In this document: positions 56,959 through 64,000 of the stretch, one piece after another
Position numbering within the stretch: the first letter of the stretch is position 1
Layout: the number at the start of each line of letters is the position of its first letter
Source of the DNA: Candidatus Omnitrophota bacterium
Lineage (GTDB): Bacteria; Omnitrophota; Gorgyraeia; JABMRG01; JAFGKX01
NCBI GenBank assembly: GCA_043797125.1
Contig: JAZDPX010000045.1
Coordinates: forward strand, 72,338-136,337
Length of the DNA stretch: 64,000 nucleotides
Direction of reading: 5' to 3'
Notes under the pieces: model-generated
The model's input: the letters and a program-made list of their open reading frames with translations, nothing else
Told to the model about the DNA's origin: nothing
The model's database searches: none
Program-made: the position numbers and the translations under genes

Positions 56959-58533
56959 ATGTTACAAAACCTAACCCCCGCTGCGCTTATTCTCATTGCC
57001 TTAGTCTCATGGGTGGTTATATTTTTCTTGGGATATGCTGTTAGCAAATATTCCGGCAGAATGAAACTCGCCTCTTCAAGAGAAAAGGCCAAGACCATTC
57101 TAGAGCAGGCAAAAAAAGAAGCTGAGAACGCGCGCAAGGAAGCAGAGCTTGAAGTCAGGGACGCAAAGCTTAAGATGCGCTCTGATTTTGAGCAGGAAAC
57201 AAAAGACAGAAGGCAGGAATTAGCGGCATCGGAGAAAAGACTGACGCAAAAAGAGGAAAACCTAGACAGAAAAGTTGACCTCTTAGACGGAAAAGAGAGA
57301 AAACTTGGCGAGTCGGAGAAAGAACTCATTAGAAAACAACAGTCAATAGAAAGCGTGAAGTCCGAATTAGACCAGCTGCTTGTTAAGGAAAAAGAGCAAC
57401 TGCAGAGGATCACCAGGATGACCGCGGAAGAAGCGAAAAGAGAGCTGTTGGCAAGGACAGAAAAGGAAGTAAGACAGGAAACAGGCGCCATAATAAAGCG
57501 CGTGGAAGACGAGACAAAAGAACTCGCGGACAAAAAGGCGCGCAACATAATCAGCATGGCTATGCAAAGATGCGCCGCGGAGCACACCGCGGAATCAACA
57601 GTGAGCGTGGTAAGTCTGCCCAACGATGAAATGAAAGGCCGCATAATAGGCAGGGAAGGAAGAAATATCCGGGCCTTAGAAACAGCAGCAGGCGTTGATG
57701 TGATTGTTGATGATACTCCTGAGGCAGTTACATTATCCAGCTTCGATATGGTAAGAAGGGAAGTGGCGCGCATTTCTTTGGAGCGGCTGATAGAAGACGG
57801 GCGTATCCACCCCGGGCGCATAGAAGAAGTAGTTGAAAAAGTAAAAAAGGAAATGGAAATAACAATAAAAGATGAAGGCGAGAAGGCTGCCTTTGACCTT
57901 AACATCCACGGCCTGCATCCGGAAATAATAAAGCTCTTGGGCAGGTTAAAATACAGGACAAGCTACGGGCAAAACGTGTTGCAGCATTCAAAAGAAGCAG
58001 CTTATCTTATGGGAGTCTTGGCAAGCGAAGTAGGCCTTGATTTTAACCAGGCAAAAAGAATAGGCCTTTTGCATGATCTTGGAAAGGCAGTGTCTTACGA
58101 AGTGGAAGGACCGCACGCGAAAATAGGCGCTGACTTAGCAAGAAAATACAGAGAAACAGAGGCTGTTATACACGCGATAGAGGCACATCACCAGGACATA
58201 GAAGCCCGCTCTGTTTTTGCGGTGCTTGTGCAGGTGGCTGACGCCATAAGCGCTACACGCCCGGGAGCCCGACGGGAAACCCTGGAAAGCTATGTAAAGA
58301 GGCTCGAGACGCTAGAAGCAATAGCAGACTCGTTTAAAGGCGTAGCCAAGTCTTTCGCGATACAGGGAGGCAGAGAAGTAAGGATAATAGTTCAGCCTGA
58401 TAAATTAAACGAACTTGAGGCAATTACTTTGGCCCGCGATATAACCAAAAAGATAGAAGAGGGCCTGGAATATCCCGGCCAGATTAAAGTAACGGTGGTC
58501 AGGGAGACAAGGGCAGTGGAGTATGCTAAGTAG
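56959..58533 (+). CDS. rny: ribonuclease Y
   Basis: N-terminal TM, coiled coil, KH domain ([15 protein letters not shown]) and HD domain ([10 protein letters not shown]...LHDLGK). Confidence 0.9.
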   Translation: MLQNLTPAALILIALVSWVVIFFLGYAVSKYSGRMKLASSREKAKTILEQAKKEAENARKEAELEVRDAKLKMRSDFEQETKDRRQELAASEKRLTQKEENLDRKVDLLDGKERKLGESEKELIRKQQSIESVKSELDQLLVKEKEQLQRITRMTAEEAKRELLARTEKEVRQETGAIIKRVEDETKELADKKARNIISMAMQRCAAEHTAESTVSVVSLPNDEMKGRIIGREGRNIRALETAAGVDVIVDDTPEAVTLSSFDMVRREVARISLERLIEDGRIHPGRIEEVVEKVKKEMEITIKDEGEKAAFDLNIHGLHPEIIKLLGRLKYRTSYGQNVLQHSKEAAYLMGVLASEVGLDFNQAKRIGLLHDLGKAVSYEVEGPHAKIGADLARKYRETEAVIHAIEAHHQDIEARSVFAVLVQVADAISATRPGARRETLESYVKRLETLEAIADSFKGVAKSFAIQGGREVRIIVQPDKLNELEAITLARDITKKIEEGLEYPGQIKVTVVRETRAVEYAK

Positions 58534-58540
58534 TTAATGG

Positions 58541-58606
58541 TCTATAGTCTATAGTCAATAGTCTATGGGAATTGTTTAACCATTGACCATCGACCATTGA
58601 CTATAG
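58541..58606. repeat. ~66-bp imperfect palindrome in the rny-ymdB spacer (tggtctatagtc...gactatagacca, with internal tagtcaatag repeats)
   Basis: Outer arms are perfect 12-bp inverted repeats. Possible terminator/operator. Confidence 0.5.
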
Positions 58607-58625
58607 ACCAACATAGGAGTTTTTC

Positions 58626-59405
58626 GTGAACGTTTTATTAATCGGCGATATAACAGGCTCGCCGGGCAGGGAGGCGGTAAAGGCGCTTGTGCCCGGCTTA
58701 AAGAAGAAAGAAAAAATAGATTTTGTTATTGCTAACGCTGAAAACGCGGCAGGCGGAAGCGGCGTAACACCCGAGACTTGCAGCGAACTTCTGGATGCGG
58801 GAGTCAACGTGCTTACATCAGGCGACCACATATGGAAGCAAAAACAGGTCCTGGAAATAATCGGCACGGAAAAAAGACTGCTTCGCCCTGGCAATTATCC
58901 TGAAGGCGCCCCCGGTTCAGGCGCGGGCCTTTACGTCGCTGGAGATTTTTTAGTCGGCGTCATAAATGTGCAGGGCAGGGTGTTTATGGATCACATAGAT
59001 TGCCCGTTTAAAGCCGCAATGCGCTACGCGACAGAGCTGTCGAAAAAGACAAAGATTATTTTGGTGGATGTGCACGCGGAAGCAACAAGCGAAAAGATAG
59101 CCATTGGCTGGTATCTCGACGGGCTTGTATCCTGCGTATTCGGCACGCACACCCACGTGCAGACCGCTGACGATAAGATATTGCCGAAGGGCACCGCGTA
59201 TATAACAGATTTGGGGATGACAGGCCCGTTTGATTCCGTCATCGGCAGAAGAAAAGAACAGATATTGGAAAGATTCATCACGCGCATGCCCGTAAAATTT
59301 CAGGTCGCAGACAGCGACGTGCGCCTAAACGGCGCTATAGTTGATGTTGACGAGAAAACCGGCAAGGCCAGATCAATAAAAAGAGTTCAGATTGGAAAAG
59401 ATTAG
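58626..59405 (+). CDS. ymdB: YmdB-family metallophosphoesterase (TIGR00282-type)
   Basis: GDITGSPGR and GDHIW motifs. Conserved rny-ymdB linkage. GTG start. Confidence 0.8.
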   Translation: MNVLLIGDITGSPGREAVKALVPGLKKKEKIDFVIANAENAAGGSGVTPETCSELLDAGVNVLTSGDHIWKQKQVLEIIGTEKRLLRPGNYPEGAPGSGAGLYVAGDFLVGVINVQGRVFMDHIDCPFKAAMRYATELSKKTKIILVDVHAEATSEKIAIGWYLDGLVSCVFGTHTHVQTADDKILPKGTAYITDLGMTGPFDSVIGRRKEQILERFITRMPVKFQVADSDVRLNGAIVDVDEKTGKARSIKRVQIGKD

Positions 59406-60636
59406 CGGTATAGGCGCAAAAAAGAAGATATACACGGTAAGCGAGCTTACAAGAGAGATAAGGTTTATCTTAGAGAACAGCTTTCCTGCTGTGTGGGTCG
59501 AAGGAGAGGTTTCGAATTTTACAAGGCACAGCTCAGGCCACTGCTATTTAAGCCTTAAGGATTCTGAAAGCGTAATTTCATGCGTTATATTCAAAAATAT
59601 AGCAGACACTCTCAAGTTTGACATAAAAGACGGCGTTCGCTTAATCTGCTTTGGCAGGATAAGTCTTTATAATAAAAGAGGGCAGTATCAGTTTTATATT
59701 GAAGAAGCAGAACCAAAAGGCGTAGGGGCGTTGCAACTTGCCTTTGAGCAGCTTAAGGAAAAGCTGCAGAAACAAGGACTGTTTGACCAATCTCATAAAA
59801 GGGCCATACCTATTTTGCCAAGCAGGATAGGTGTTGTAACCTCCCCCACAGGCGCCGCAATAAAGGACATACTTAATGTAATAGGCAGGCGTTTCCCCAA
59901 TATGCATATAATTTTATATCCTGCCAAGGTTCAAGGAGACGGCGCAAGCCAAGAAGTCAAAGAAGGCATAGAAGCATTTAACCGCCTGAAAAACGTGGAT
60001 GTAATAATAGTCGGAAGGGGCGGCGGAAGCCTTGAGGATTTGTGGGCCTTTAATGAGGAAGTCTTGGCGCGCGCCATATACAATTCAGGCATACCAATAA
60101 TATCAGCGGTCGGCCACGAGATAGATTATACGATAGCTGACTTCGTAGCTGATTTAAGGGCGCCGACTCCGTCCGCTGCAGCTGAAATAGTCGCAGGCAA
60201 AAAAGAGGATTTCCTGAATAATATCGAGAATTTAAATCAGCGGCTAAAAAGCGCCCTGATGGCGGAATTAGATTCGGCAAAAAACAAATTAGAGGCATTA
60301 AAACAAAGATACGCGTTCAAACAGCCGCTTTTTTTAATTCAGCAGAATTTTCAGAGAACGGATGACCAGACAAAAGCCCTTAACCAGAACATAAACCATT
60401 TTTTGCAGGAAAAGCAGCACCAGCTGGACAATTTATCCAGCACCCTTAAGGCCCTTAATCCGACAGCGATTTTATCAAGAGGCTACAGCATTACGGCAAG
60501 GGCCGCAGACGGCAAGATAATCAAGGACGCCGAAGAATTAAACGAAGGCGACATCATAAAGACGCGATTGGCAAAGGGTGAGGTAGAGAGCAGGGTTGAG
60601 AAAAAGGACTTATCCACAACCGTAGCGGAGCCTTAA
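59392..60636 (+). CDS. xseA: exodeoxyribonuclease VII large subunit
   Basis: OB-fold N-terminus and catalytic core. The last eight codons and the TAA stop are encoded by a hairpin element. Confidence 0.85.
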   Translation: MEKISGIGAKKKIYTVSELTREIRFILENSFPAVWVEGEVSNFTRHSSGHCYLSLKDSESVISCVIFKNIADTLKFDIKDGVRLICFGRISLYNKRGQYQFYIEEAEPKGVGALQLAFEQLKEKLQKQGLFDQSHKRAIPILPSRIGVVTSPTGAAIKDILNVIGRRFPNMHIILYPAKVQGDGASQEVKEGIEAFNRLKNVDVIIVGRGGGSLEDLWAFNEEVLARAIYNSGIPIISAVGHEIDYTIADFVADLRAPTPSAAAEIVAGKKEDFLNNIENLNQRLKSALMAELDSAKNKLEALKQRYAFKQPLFLIQQNFQRTDDQTKALNQNINHFLQEKQHQLDNLSSTLKALNPTAILSRGYSITARAADGKIIKDAEELNEGDIIKTRLAKGEVESRVEKKDLSTTVAEP

Positions 60637-60649
60637 GGCTCCGCTACGG
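60610..60649 (+). repeat. DnaA-box-plus-hairpin element copy B (TTATCCACAACC GTAGCGGAGCCTT AAGGCTCCGCTAC GG)
   Basis: Same architecture as copy A, with compensatory gcaggc/gcctgc to ggagcc/ggctcc changes that keep the stem perfect. Confidence 0.8.
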
Positions 60650-60677
60650 TTACAATGACACAGATCAGGGGGGCGCG

Positions 60678-61009
60678 ATGAAAGAGAAGGAGCAGGATTT
60701 TGAAGGCGCGATAAAAAAGCTGGAAGATATTGTCGAGGAACTGGAAGGCGGGGATGTATCTCTCAGCGACGCTATCAAAAATATGAAGAGGGCATGAAGC
60801 TTTCCCAGCTTTGCACAAAAAAACTGCACGACATCCAAAAAAGGATAGAGGTGCTTGTAAAAGATTCATCCGGCAATCTCTCGGCAAGAGAATTCCAGGC
60901 GGAAAAAGCTCAGGAGTCTAAAGAGAGCAAGCCTGCCTATCCGGCAGGTAAACCCGCGCAGGATAAAAAGCAAAAGAAGTCGAAAGGGGCGGAGGGGCTT
61001 TTGTTTTGA
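60678..61009 (+). pseudogene. xseB: exodeoxyribonuclease VII small subunit, interrupted by a -1 frameshift at an A5 homopolymer (60776-60780)
   Basis: Frame 1 gives MKEKEQDFEGAIKKLEDIVEELEGGDVSLSDAIKN then MKRA*. The XseB consensus continues in the adjacent frame (YEEGMKLSQLCTKKLHDIQKRIEVL...). One extra A restores a single ORF. Confidence 0.7.
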
Positions 61010-61881
61010 AACCCGGCGCCTATTTAAAGAATAAACAAAGGCTGATAGACGACAAGTTAAACGCGCTTATTCCGGATGCAAAAAGTTTTCCGCCGCTGAT
61101 TTATCAGGCAATGCGCTACAGCATGGCAGACGGCAAAAGAATAAGGCCTATTCTTTGCATGGCCTGTGCTAAAATGTGCGCAGCCAGCGAAAAAGATTCT
61201 CTTCTTTGCGCCTGCGCAATTGAAATGATACATACGTATTCTCTGATACACGATGATCTGCCATGCATGGATAACGATGACTACAGAAGGGGCAGGCCTT
61301 CGTGTCATAAAAAATTCGATGAAGCAACGGCTGTTTTGGCCGGGGACGCATTAATGACGCTCGCTTATAATATATTGGCAGGCGCCACAAAAGGCCCCGG
61401 CATAAATAACCGTTTAATAAAAGTGCTGTCAGAGGCAACCGGCTCAAAAGGCATGATAGGCGGCCAGGTTGTGGACATAGGTTGCGCCCACAGCCCACAG
61501 CCCACCCCATACCATTCGCTTCGCTCAGGTACGGGGCAGGCAGCCCACAGACCAATGGATTTACCGACGATCGAGTACATAAACACCCATAAAACCGGCG
61601 CCTTGATAGCTGCCTCATGCAGGTTAGGCGCAATTATAGCGAGAGCCTCCAAGCGAAAAGAACAGGCAATTTTTAAATTCGGCGAATATATTGGATTTGC
61701 ATTTCAGGTTGTGGATGACATGCTGGATAACGAGGGCATGGCTAGGGTTATCGGTAAAAAGCGCTCGCATGTAAGGGCAAAAGATTTAATAGAAAAGGCA
61801 AAGGCCCAGCTTTCTACGTTTGGCAAAGATAAAAAGCCATTGCTGGATTTAGCGGATTTTATTTTAGAAAGAAAACAATAA
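61006..61881 (+). CDS. ispA: (2E,6E)-farnesyl/geranyl diphosphate synthase
   Basis: DDxxD motifs (LIHDDLPCMDNDDYRRG; VVDDMLD). xseB-ispA-dxs synteny. Contains a ~19-aa in-frame insertion carrying heptamer repeats. Confidence 0.85.
   Translation: MKPGAYLKNKQRLIDDKLNALIPDAKSFPPLIYQAMRYSMADGKRIRPILCMACAKMCAASEKDSLLCACAIEMIHTYSLIHDDLPCMDNDDYRRGRPSCHKKFDEATAVLAGDALMTLAYNILAGATKGPGINNRLIKVLSEATGSKGMIGGQVVDIGCAHSPQPTPYHSLRSGTGQAAHRPMDLPTIEYINTHKTGALIAASCRLGAIIARASKRKEQAIFKFGEYIGFAFQVVDDMLDNEGMARVIGKKRSHVRAKDLIEKAKAQLSTFGKDKKPLLDLADFILERKQ
61485..61507. repeat. GCCCACA heptamer tract (GCCCACAGCCCACAGCCCACCCC) inside ispA, part of a ~57-nt in-frame insertion translated as ...CAHSPQPTPYHSLRSGTGQAAHRPM...
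   Basis: Same heptamer, same encoded AHSPQPT peptide, as the giant-gene junction repeat at 25420-25447 (reverse complement). Confidence 0.7.
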
Positions 61882-61883
61882 GC

Positions 61884-63782
61884 ATGTTGCTCGATTCCAT
61901 AAATTCCCCTCAAGATTTACGCAAACTCGCGCAGGAAAAACTGCCGGAACTTGCCCATGAAATAAGAAGCTTTATCATAAAAACTGTTTCTGAAACAGGC
62001 GGGCATCTTGCCCCAAGCCTTGGGGCTGTGGATGTTATTATCAGCCTTCATTATTGCCTGAATACGCCGAAGGACACTATTGTGTGGGATGTAGGCCATC
62101 AGGCATACGCGCACAAGATATTAACCGAAAGAAGAGATAAATTTCATACGTTAAGGCAAAGAGACGGGATAAGCGGTTTTCCTAACGCGTTTGAATCGGA
62201 ATATGACGCGTTTACCGTCGGGCATGGTTCTACCTCTATATCCACCGCGTTAGGCATGGCAGCAGCCCGGCGCATAAAAAAGATAAAAGACAAGACAATC
62301 GCGTTTATAGGAGACGGTTCTTTGGGCGGGGGCATGGCGTTTGAGGCGCTAAATCACGCAGGCCAGCTGCAGGAAGACCTGCTTATTGTTTTAAATGACA
62401 ACGAGTTTTCGATATCGCGCAGCGTCGGAGCTTTCAGCAAATATTTAAACAGGGTCCTTACAAACCCCATATACAACCGCATAAGGACGCAGATGCAGGA
62501 TGTTGTAAAACGCATTCCCAAGGTTGGTTCAGCAACATTTAACGCGGCCAGAAAACTGGAAGAGGCGTTAAAAAATTTACTCGTACCCGGTATAATATTT
62601 GAAGAGATGGGCATAAGGTATTTTGGCCCGGTAGACGGACACAACATAAACGCGACGATAGGCCTGTTAAAAAATGTGATACCCATTAAAGGGCCGCGCA
62701 TAATTCACGTTGTTACAAAAAAAGGCAAAGGTTATGAGCTTGCGGAAAAATCACCCCACAGATTCCATGGCACCACGCCTTTTAATATAGACAGCGGCGA
62801 GAATAAAACTGCAAGCAGTTTTAGTTTTACAGACGCGTTCAGCCAGAAACTTATTGAGCTTGCAAGCTCAGACGATAAAATTATTGCCGTAACAGCAGCC
62901 ATGCCGGAAGGCACGGGCCTTGACGCGTTTCATGAAAAATTCCCAAACAGATTTTTTAATGTCGGCATAGCCGAAGAGCACGCCGTAGGCCTGGCAGCGG
63001 GCCTTGCAAAAAGCGCTCTTGTGCCTGTTGTCGCGATTTATTCCACATTTTTGCAGCGTTCATACGATCAGATAATACACGATGTGGCGCTGCAGAATTT
63101 GCATGTTGTGTTTTGCCTTGACAGGGCAGGCCTTGTGGGCGAGGACGGGCCTACGCATCACGGAAATTTCGATATAGCGTTTATGCGCCACGTCCCGAAT
63201 ATTGTATGTATGGCGCCAAAGGACCAGCAAGAACTCATGGATATGCTTGAATTCGCCATATACAAGGTTAAAGGCCCTGTGGCGATACGCTACCCCAGAG
63301 GTAGCGTGACCCAAAGACCAGGCAGCTCATCTAGTAGCGCAGGCTTAAGCCTGCGCTACTCTGGCGGAGCAGAGATTCAACTCGGCAAGGCAGAAGTTTT
63401 AAGAGAAGGCAAGCACGTAGCCATATTAACAATCGGCTCAATGGCACAAGCCTCTTTAGAAGCCGCTGATATTTTATCGGAATATAAGATTTCAGCCGAG
63501 GTTGTTAATATGAGATTTATAAAGCCTATCGATGAAGACCTCATGAGAAAGCTTTGCCAGCGCATAAGGCATATTGTTACTGTTGAGGACGGCTGCCTTA
63601 AATGCGGGTTTGGTTCGGCTATTCTTGAGACAATAAATAAATCAGGAATAAAAAATTTAAGCGTAGAAACCTTAGGCCTGCCGGATGAATTCATTACGCA
63701 TGGGAAAAAAGACCAGCTTCTTTCGGATTATGGCTTAGATGCAAAAGGCATCGCTTCGACGGTGAAGGCCTTATTAAAGTAA
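61884..63782 (+). CDS. dxs: 1-deoxy-D-xylulose-5-phosphate synthase
   Basis: TPP-binding GDG...N motif (IGDGSLGGGMAFEALN) and transketolase-like domains. Carries an in-frame palindrome insertion. Confidence 0.9.
   Translation: MLLDSINSPQDLRKLAQEKLPELAHEIRSFIIKTVSETGGHLAPSLGAVDVIISLHYCLNTPKDTIVWDVGHQAYAHKILTERRDKFHTLRQRDGISGFPNAFESEYDAFTVGHGSTSISTALGMAAARRIKKIKDKTIAFIGDGSLGGGMAFEALNHAGQLQEDLLIVLNDNEFSISRSVGAFSKYLNRVLTNPIYNRIRTQMQDVVKRIPKVGSATFNAARKLEEALKNLLVPGIIFEEMGIRYFGPVDGHNINATIGLLKNVIPIKGPRIIHVVTKKGKGYELAEKSPHRFHGTTPFNIDSGENKTASSFSFTDAFSQKLIELASSDDKIIAVTAAMPEGTGLDAFHEKFPNRFFNVGIAEEHAVGLAAGLAKSALVPVVAIYSTFLQRSYDQIIHDVALQNLHVVFCLDRAGLVGEDGPTHHGNFDIAFMRHVPNIVCMAPKDQQELMDMLEFAIYKVKGPVAIRYPRGSVTQRPGSSSSSAGLSLRYSGGAEIQLGKAEVLREGKHVAILTIGSMAQASLEAADILSEYKISAEVVNMRFIKPIDEDLMRKLCQRIRHIVTVEDGCLKCGFGSAILETINKSGIKNLSVETLGLPDEFITHGKKDQLLSDYGLDAKGIASTVKALLK
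63334..63359. repeat. 26-nt perfect palindrome GTAGCGCAGGCTTAAGCCTGCGCTAC inserted in-frame within dxs (translated SSAGLSLRYS)
   Basis: Identical to the hairpin of element copy A. Lies in a ~12-aa segment absent from E. coli Dxs, between RYPRG and the LGKAE region. Confidence 0.7.
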
Positions 63783-63783
63783 G

Positions 63784-63821
63784 TTATCCACAACCGTAGC
63801 GGAGCCTTAAGGCTCCGCTAC
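63784..63821 (+). repeat. DnaA-box-plus-hairpin element copy C, just 3' of the dxs stop
   Basis: TTATCCACAACCGTAGCGGAGCCTTAAGGCTCCGCTAC. Confidence 0.8.
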
Positions 63822-63828
63822 AGAAACT

Positions 63829-64000
63829 ATGAGCAAATTCAAAATTATCATAAACAAAGAACGATGCAAGGGTTGCGAACTTTGCGTGATTTTTTGCCCT
63901 AAGCAGGTTTTAAAAATAAGCAAGGAATTAAACAAAAAAGGCATTCATTTTGCAGAAACGGTAAACGAGAAAGACTGCACGGGATGTACGAACTGCGCGG
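63829..64000 (+). CDS. 4Fe-4S ferredoxin-domain protein, 5'-partial view (runs off right edge)
   Basis: MSKFKIIINKERCKGCELCVIFCP...DCTGCTNCA shows two CxxCxxCxxxCP-type cluster motifs. Confidence 0.6.
   Translation, partial: MSKFKIIINKERCKGCELCVIFCPKQVLKISKELNKKGIHFAETVNEKDCTGCTNCA

Overview
This 64-kb window is the replication-origin neighbourhood of an uncultivated, Gram-negative-type bacterium with a moderately AT-leaning genome. It splits into two halves.

Left 40% (1..~26.5 kb): a single minus-strand giant open reading frame.
- The frame runs from a start near 25.3 kb (or 26.5 kb if the upstream module is fused) off the left edge, more than 8,400 codons inside the window and still 3'-partial.
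- Hand translation at eight widely spaced sites showed the same codon phase open every time.
- The provided track has no long minus-strand ORF here, which fits a frame open to the window edge.
- Contents: a signal-anchored N-terminal module, an M48-like HEXXH zincin motif, TPR-like and HEAT-like helical repeat arrays, and at least two internal module duplications.
- A strong sigma70 promoter sits upstream.
- The 404-aa signal-anchored module (25263..26477) is separated from the giant frame by a phase change inside a heptanucleotide tandem repeat, (GTGGGCT)4 on the + strand. This is a candidate phase-variation switch or a repeat-count sequencing error.

Right 60%: a conserved housekeeping block.
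- Minus strand: tRNA-Glu, gyrA, gyrB, DUF721/DciA-like, dnaN, dnaA.
- Then a candidate oriC with a perfect DnaA box.
- Plus strand: rpmH, yidD, yidC, jag-like, parA, parB, ndk, yicC, gmk, rpoZ, coaC/coaB, tRNA-Cys, tRNA-Val, a GIY-YIG gene, a LAGLIDADG gene, tRNA-Leu, thrS, infC, rpmI, rplT, trkH, trkA, pheS, pheT, hldD, rarA, MTHFS, rny, ymdB, xseA, xseB, ispA, dxs, and a partial ferredoxin-like gene.

Small repeated elements:
- A DnaA-box-plus-hairpin element at three gene 3' ends. The stem shows compensatory base changes between copies, and the element supplies the stop codon for rarA and xseA. Its hairpin is also inserted in-frame inside dxs.
- A GCCCACA heptamer tract inserted in-frame inside ispA and also present at the giant-gene junction.
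- A 20-bp perfect palindrome (CCTGCCTGCCGGCAGGCAGG), REP-like.
- A MITE-like ~52-nt element with 7-bp terminal inverted repeats. One copy sits at the gyrB/gyrA junction and is flanked by a 20-bp duplication of the gyrB 3' end.
- A tRNA-Val to tRNA-Leu islet. A GIY-YIG gene is bounded by a 21-bp direct repeat of the tRNA-Val 3' end. A LAGLIDADG endonuclease-like ORF reads into tRNA-Leu as far as the anticodon.

Apparent frameshifts:
- Two sit at A-homopolymers, one in xseB and one splitting coaC/coaB.
- With the repeat-associated shift in the giant gene, these suggest homopolymer or repeat-length errors in the assembly.
- Frameshift calls should therefore be treated cautiously.
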